Shown here piece by piece: positions 25,616 through 27,977 of a DNA stretch of 27,977 nucleotides. How positions within the stretch are numbered: the first letter of the stretch is position 1; each line of letters begins with the position of its first letter. The notes below the pieces were generated by a model. It searched no databases. It saw nothing but the letters and a program-made list of their open reading frames with translations, and was not told the origin of the DNA. The translations under genes and the position numbers were made by a program. This DNA comes from Pseudomonadota bacterium (GTDB lineage Bacteria; Bdellovibrionota_B; Oligoflexia; Oligoflexales; RGVZ01): contig JBEGVZ010000047.1 of NCBI GenBank assembly GCA_041178085.1, positions 1 to 27,977 on the forward strand, in the 5' to 3' direction.

Positions 25616-26641
25616 ATGGACAAATCCACGCAAAATCCCAAGTCGGCTGGACTTCTGGACCTCCAGATCTCCGGATTTCCTGAGACGCTGAAGGCTCGCG
25701 GCAAGCAGCCGTCCACTGTGGAATCATACACCAGGGATGCCGACAGGTTTCTGGAGTTCATGAAAGAGAAAAAAATTCCTGTCCGGGACCTTCGGCCAGA
25801 AATCCTGCTGGAGTACGAAAACTACCTGCGCAACGATCGCGAGGGACGAACCAATTCCGTGCGCAGGTCGTTGATCGGAATCCGCCAATATTTCCGCTAT
25901 TTGGTTGAGCAAAAGCAGCTGCGGGAGTCCCCCTTTGACACGGTGCCCCTGCCGGCAAGGGATGAAGGCTTGCCCGACCAGCTGGACGAAGAAGATGTCG
26001 CCATGCTGATGGAAGCGGCGGCCGCTACCACTCCTACTATCAAGGCCGCTCGTGATCGGGCAGTCGTGGCCCTGCTGGCCTGGGAAGGGATCAAGGCAAC
26101 CGAACTGATCCACTTGACGTGGAGCGACCTGATTCTGGATGGGAGCGTTGGACTCAGCGGACGACCGAGTTCCGGAGGGAGCTTGTCGGTCCCCGGAGAC
26201 CGCGGGCGCACCATCGTCCTGGGGCCGGAAACAGCAAGCATTCTGGAGGCCTACCGCGAAATGTTTCGTGAGTGGTCGGCGCGCAGGCCCGGGGTTGTGA
26301 CCCGGATGTTCATCTCATTTAAGGGACGGGAATCAGCGATTGCAACCCCGACCATGACCCGCCACGGGCTCAAGTTTGTCATGTACGAACTGGGCGAAAA
26401 GATTGGTATTTCAAAGCTCAACTCCGAGCTGCTGCGGCACCATGCCATCCGCCACCAGCTGTCGCTCGGCAAAAGCCCCGAGGATTTGATGGGGCACCTG
26501 GGCCTGCGTCGGCTGGGCAACATCGCTCGCCACAACGCCCACGTTATGGTAAACCCCGCGCCACGCAAGGAATTGGAGGGGATGGCCGGCGGGCTACCCA
26601 CGGGTTCTGGAAGTGACGACGAATTCGAAAACAATCCATGA
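25616..26641 (+). CDS. XerC/D-like tyrosine-recombinase-fold protein, predicted catalytically inactive
   Basis: N-terminal core-binding domain (STVESYTRDADRF, SVRRSLIGIRQYFRYL, LPDQLDEEDV), RDRAVVALL..GIK.TELIHL...D, LLRH. Catalytic positions are substituted (see findings). Confidence 0.88.
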   Translation: MDKSTQNPKSAGLLDLQISGFPETLKARGKQPSTVESYTRDADRFLEFMKEKKIPVRDLRPEILLEYENYLRNDREGRTNSVRRSLIGIRQYFRYLVEQKQLRESPFDTVPLPARDEGLPDQLDEEDVAMLMEAAAATTPTIKAARDRAVVALLAWEGIKATELIHLTWSDLILDGSVGLSGRPSSGGSLSVPGDRGRTIVLGPETASILEAYREMFREWSARRPGVVTRMFISFKGRESAIATPTMTRHGLKFVMYELGEKIGISKLNSELLRHHAIRHQLSLGKSPEDLMGHLGLRRLGNIARHNAHVMVNPAPRKELEGMAGGLPTGSGSDDEFENNP

Positions 26642-27122
26642 CGAATACATGGCCGAGGCACTGCGCCTTGCCGCCTTTGCTGCGACCATTGGCGAAGTCC
26701 CGGTCGGAGCCGTGGTGGTCAAGGATGGCGAAATCATTGGCCGGGGCTACAACCGCCGCGAAATTGAAGGCCAGGCTACCCGCCACGCAGAAATCGTAGC
26801 CATGGAAGAAGCCTCGGAAACCCTCGGGGCGTGGCGCCTTTCCGGCTGCACGCTTTACGTAACCCTTGAGCCTTGTTTGATGTGTGCCGGCGCGATCTAC
26901 CAGGCCCGCGTGGACGAAGTCCATTTTGGTGCCTGGGATGCAAAAGCGGGAGCTTGTGGGAGCCTCTACAAGATCCACGAAGACTCTCGCCTTAACCACC
27001 GCTTTCTGGTACACCCCGGGGTTCTGGAATCTGACAGCCGCGAAATGCTCCAGCAGTTTTTTCGCCGGCGGCGCCAACGGAGAGATGGCCGAGTGGTTGA
27101 AGGCGCTAGACTCGAAATCTAG
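26613..27122 (+). CDS. tadA: tRNA adenosine(34) deaminase
   Basis: DEYM.EAL, GEVPVGAVVV, HAE, LYVTLEPCLMCAGAI, DAKAGACGS, RLNH, LQQFFRRRR. Confidence 0.93.
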   Translation: MTTNSKTIHDEYMAEALRLAAFAATIGEVPVGAVVVKDGEIIGRGYNRREIEGQATRHAEIVAMEEASETLGAWRLSGCTLYVTLEPCLMCAGAIYQARVDEVHFGAWDAKAGACGSLYKIHEDSRLNHRFLVHPGVLESDSREMLQQFFRRRRQRRDGRVVEGARLEI

Positions 27123-27168
27123 TATACGTTAACGCGTATCGTGGGTTCGAATCCCACTCTCTCCGCCA
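27079..27168 (+). tRNA. tRNA-Ser(CGA)
   Basis: Acceptor GGAGAGA/TCTCTCC, anticodon arm CTAGA-CT-CGA-AA-TCTAG, long variable arm, G73 discriminator, CCA. Confidence 0.97.
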
Positions 27169-27377
27169 GCATCTCTGCAGTATTGCTTCGGCACCCTGAC
27201 TATCCTTTCCCTGACTATTCTCACCAGTACTTGGCCAAATCGTCCGGCGACTGATCCATCAACCGGCATCAGCTCCGGCAAAAGAAGCCCAACAGAAACC
27301 CAAAGACAAACCATGGTAAATTTATCAAGGGGTCCTGCCTCCCACCTGATCGTGAACACCACTTGGAATTTATTTGC

Positions 27378-27869
27378 ATGCGCTGCCCCCGATGTTCTTT
27401 GGAACTTGTCGCAACCCGGCTTGGCGTTACCGAGGTCAACCTATGCGGGTCATGCACCGGAATTTGGTTTGACCGGGGCGAGATTTACCTGTTTGCAAGC
27501 AATCCGAAGGGCCTGAATCAGTACCTGGCAGCTCATACAATCCCGGCAAGAAACCCGCCAAATACCGTATCGGCGCCCCCGGCTAACGCCCAACAAGAAC
27601 CGCATTGTCCGCGCTGCCAGAATCCCCTGGATCCTTTTGAGGTCAAAATCGCACCGTCCACGGAAACCAACAACCATCCGGAACTTCGCATCGACGCCTG
27701 CAGACACTGTAGCGGGATCTGGGTGGACCGCCCCGATTTTTCCGCACTGGCAAAGCTTGATCCCGGCTATAAAAAGTTCGTCTCCACCGACTCCGCAAAG
27801 GTCCGTGTGGCCGCACAACCCGGGCGAGTCAGGGTAGACCGGTTCCTGCCGGGGATATCCGGGAAATGA
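27378..27869 (+). CDS. Protein with two zf-TFIIB-like zinc ribbons
   Basis: ATG 27378: CPRC...CGSCTGIWFDRGE and CPRC...DACRHCSGIWVDRPD, joined by a Pro-rich linker. Confidence 0.85.
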   Translation: MRCPRCSLELVATRLGVTEVNLCGSCTGIWFDRGEIYLFASNPKGLNQYLAAHTIPARNPPNTVSAPPANAQQEPHCPRCQNPLDPFEVKIAPSTETNNHPELRIDACRHCSGIWVDRPDFSALAKLDPGYKKFVSTDSAKVRVAAQPGRVRVDRFLPGISGK

Positions 27870-27967
27870 GACTCATCGAATCGGGGAAAACCCTTCGTAG
27901 CTACTCCAGACACGCCTATCTATTTTTGATCGTTGCTGCGGGGCTGGCCACACTCCGGTGGAGATGA
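27866..27967 (+). CDS. Possible 33-aa small membrane peptide
   Basis: MRLIESGKTLRSYSRHAYLFLIVAAGLATLRWR*. ATGA overlap with the upstream stop, and its own TGA overlaps another ATG (27964). Confidence 0.3.
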   Translation: MRLIESGKTLRSYSRHAYLFLIVAAGLATLRWR

Positions 27968-27977
27968 ACTGCCTTAG

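Noticed and set aside
27169..27377. SRP RNA (ffs), often found after tadA/tRNA-Ser
   Set aside because: No SRP domain IV motif (CAGG...GGAA...AGCAG) or long hairpin visible.
25616..27977. Integrative element or prophage at tRNA-Ser driven by the recombinase
   Set aside because: The recombinase lacks catalytic residues, lies upstream of the tRNA with housekeeping tadA between, and I saw no duplicated tRNA 3' end (att) or cargo in the window.

Overview
Core bacterial chromosome segment, moderately GC-rich. Protein sequences and gene order suggest a deltaproteobacterial-type lineage, possibly Bdellovibrionota/Oligoflexia (inference). Most of it is the minus-strand transcription/translation supercluster: tRNA-Thr/Tyr/Gly/Thr, tuf, tRNA-Trp, secE, nusG, rplKAJL, rpoBC, rpsL, rpsG, fusA. 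On the left are sthA (partial), tRNA-Val and an orphan secreted beta-barrel-like protein. On the right are a periplasmic repeat protein-ntrY-ntrX-rlmB operon and a divergent unit: tyrosine-recombinase-like gene, tadA, tRNA-Ser, double zinc-ribbon protein. Most notable: (1) the XerD-like protein is a full-length ORF that has lost 5 of 6 catalytic residues, including the Tyr nucleophile, and overlaps tadA; (2) the tadA stop codon lies inside tRNA-Ser(CGA); (3) the str-operon EF-G has degenerate domain IV tip loops and is separated from rpsG by an intrinsic terminator, suggesting a recycling-specialised paralogue; (4) a tandem array of 120-bp TIR-bounded MITE/ERIC-like elements sits where the fusA-tuf/S10 linkage is broken; (5) three housekeeping sigma70-type promoters lack the conserved -7T.
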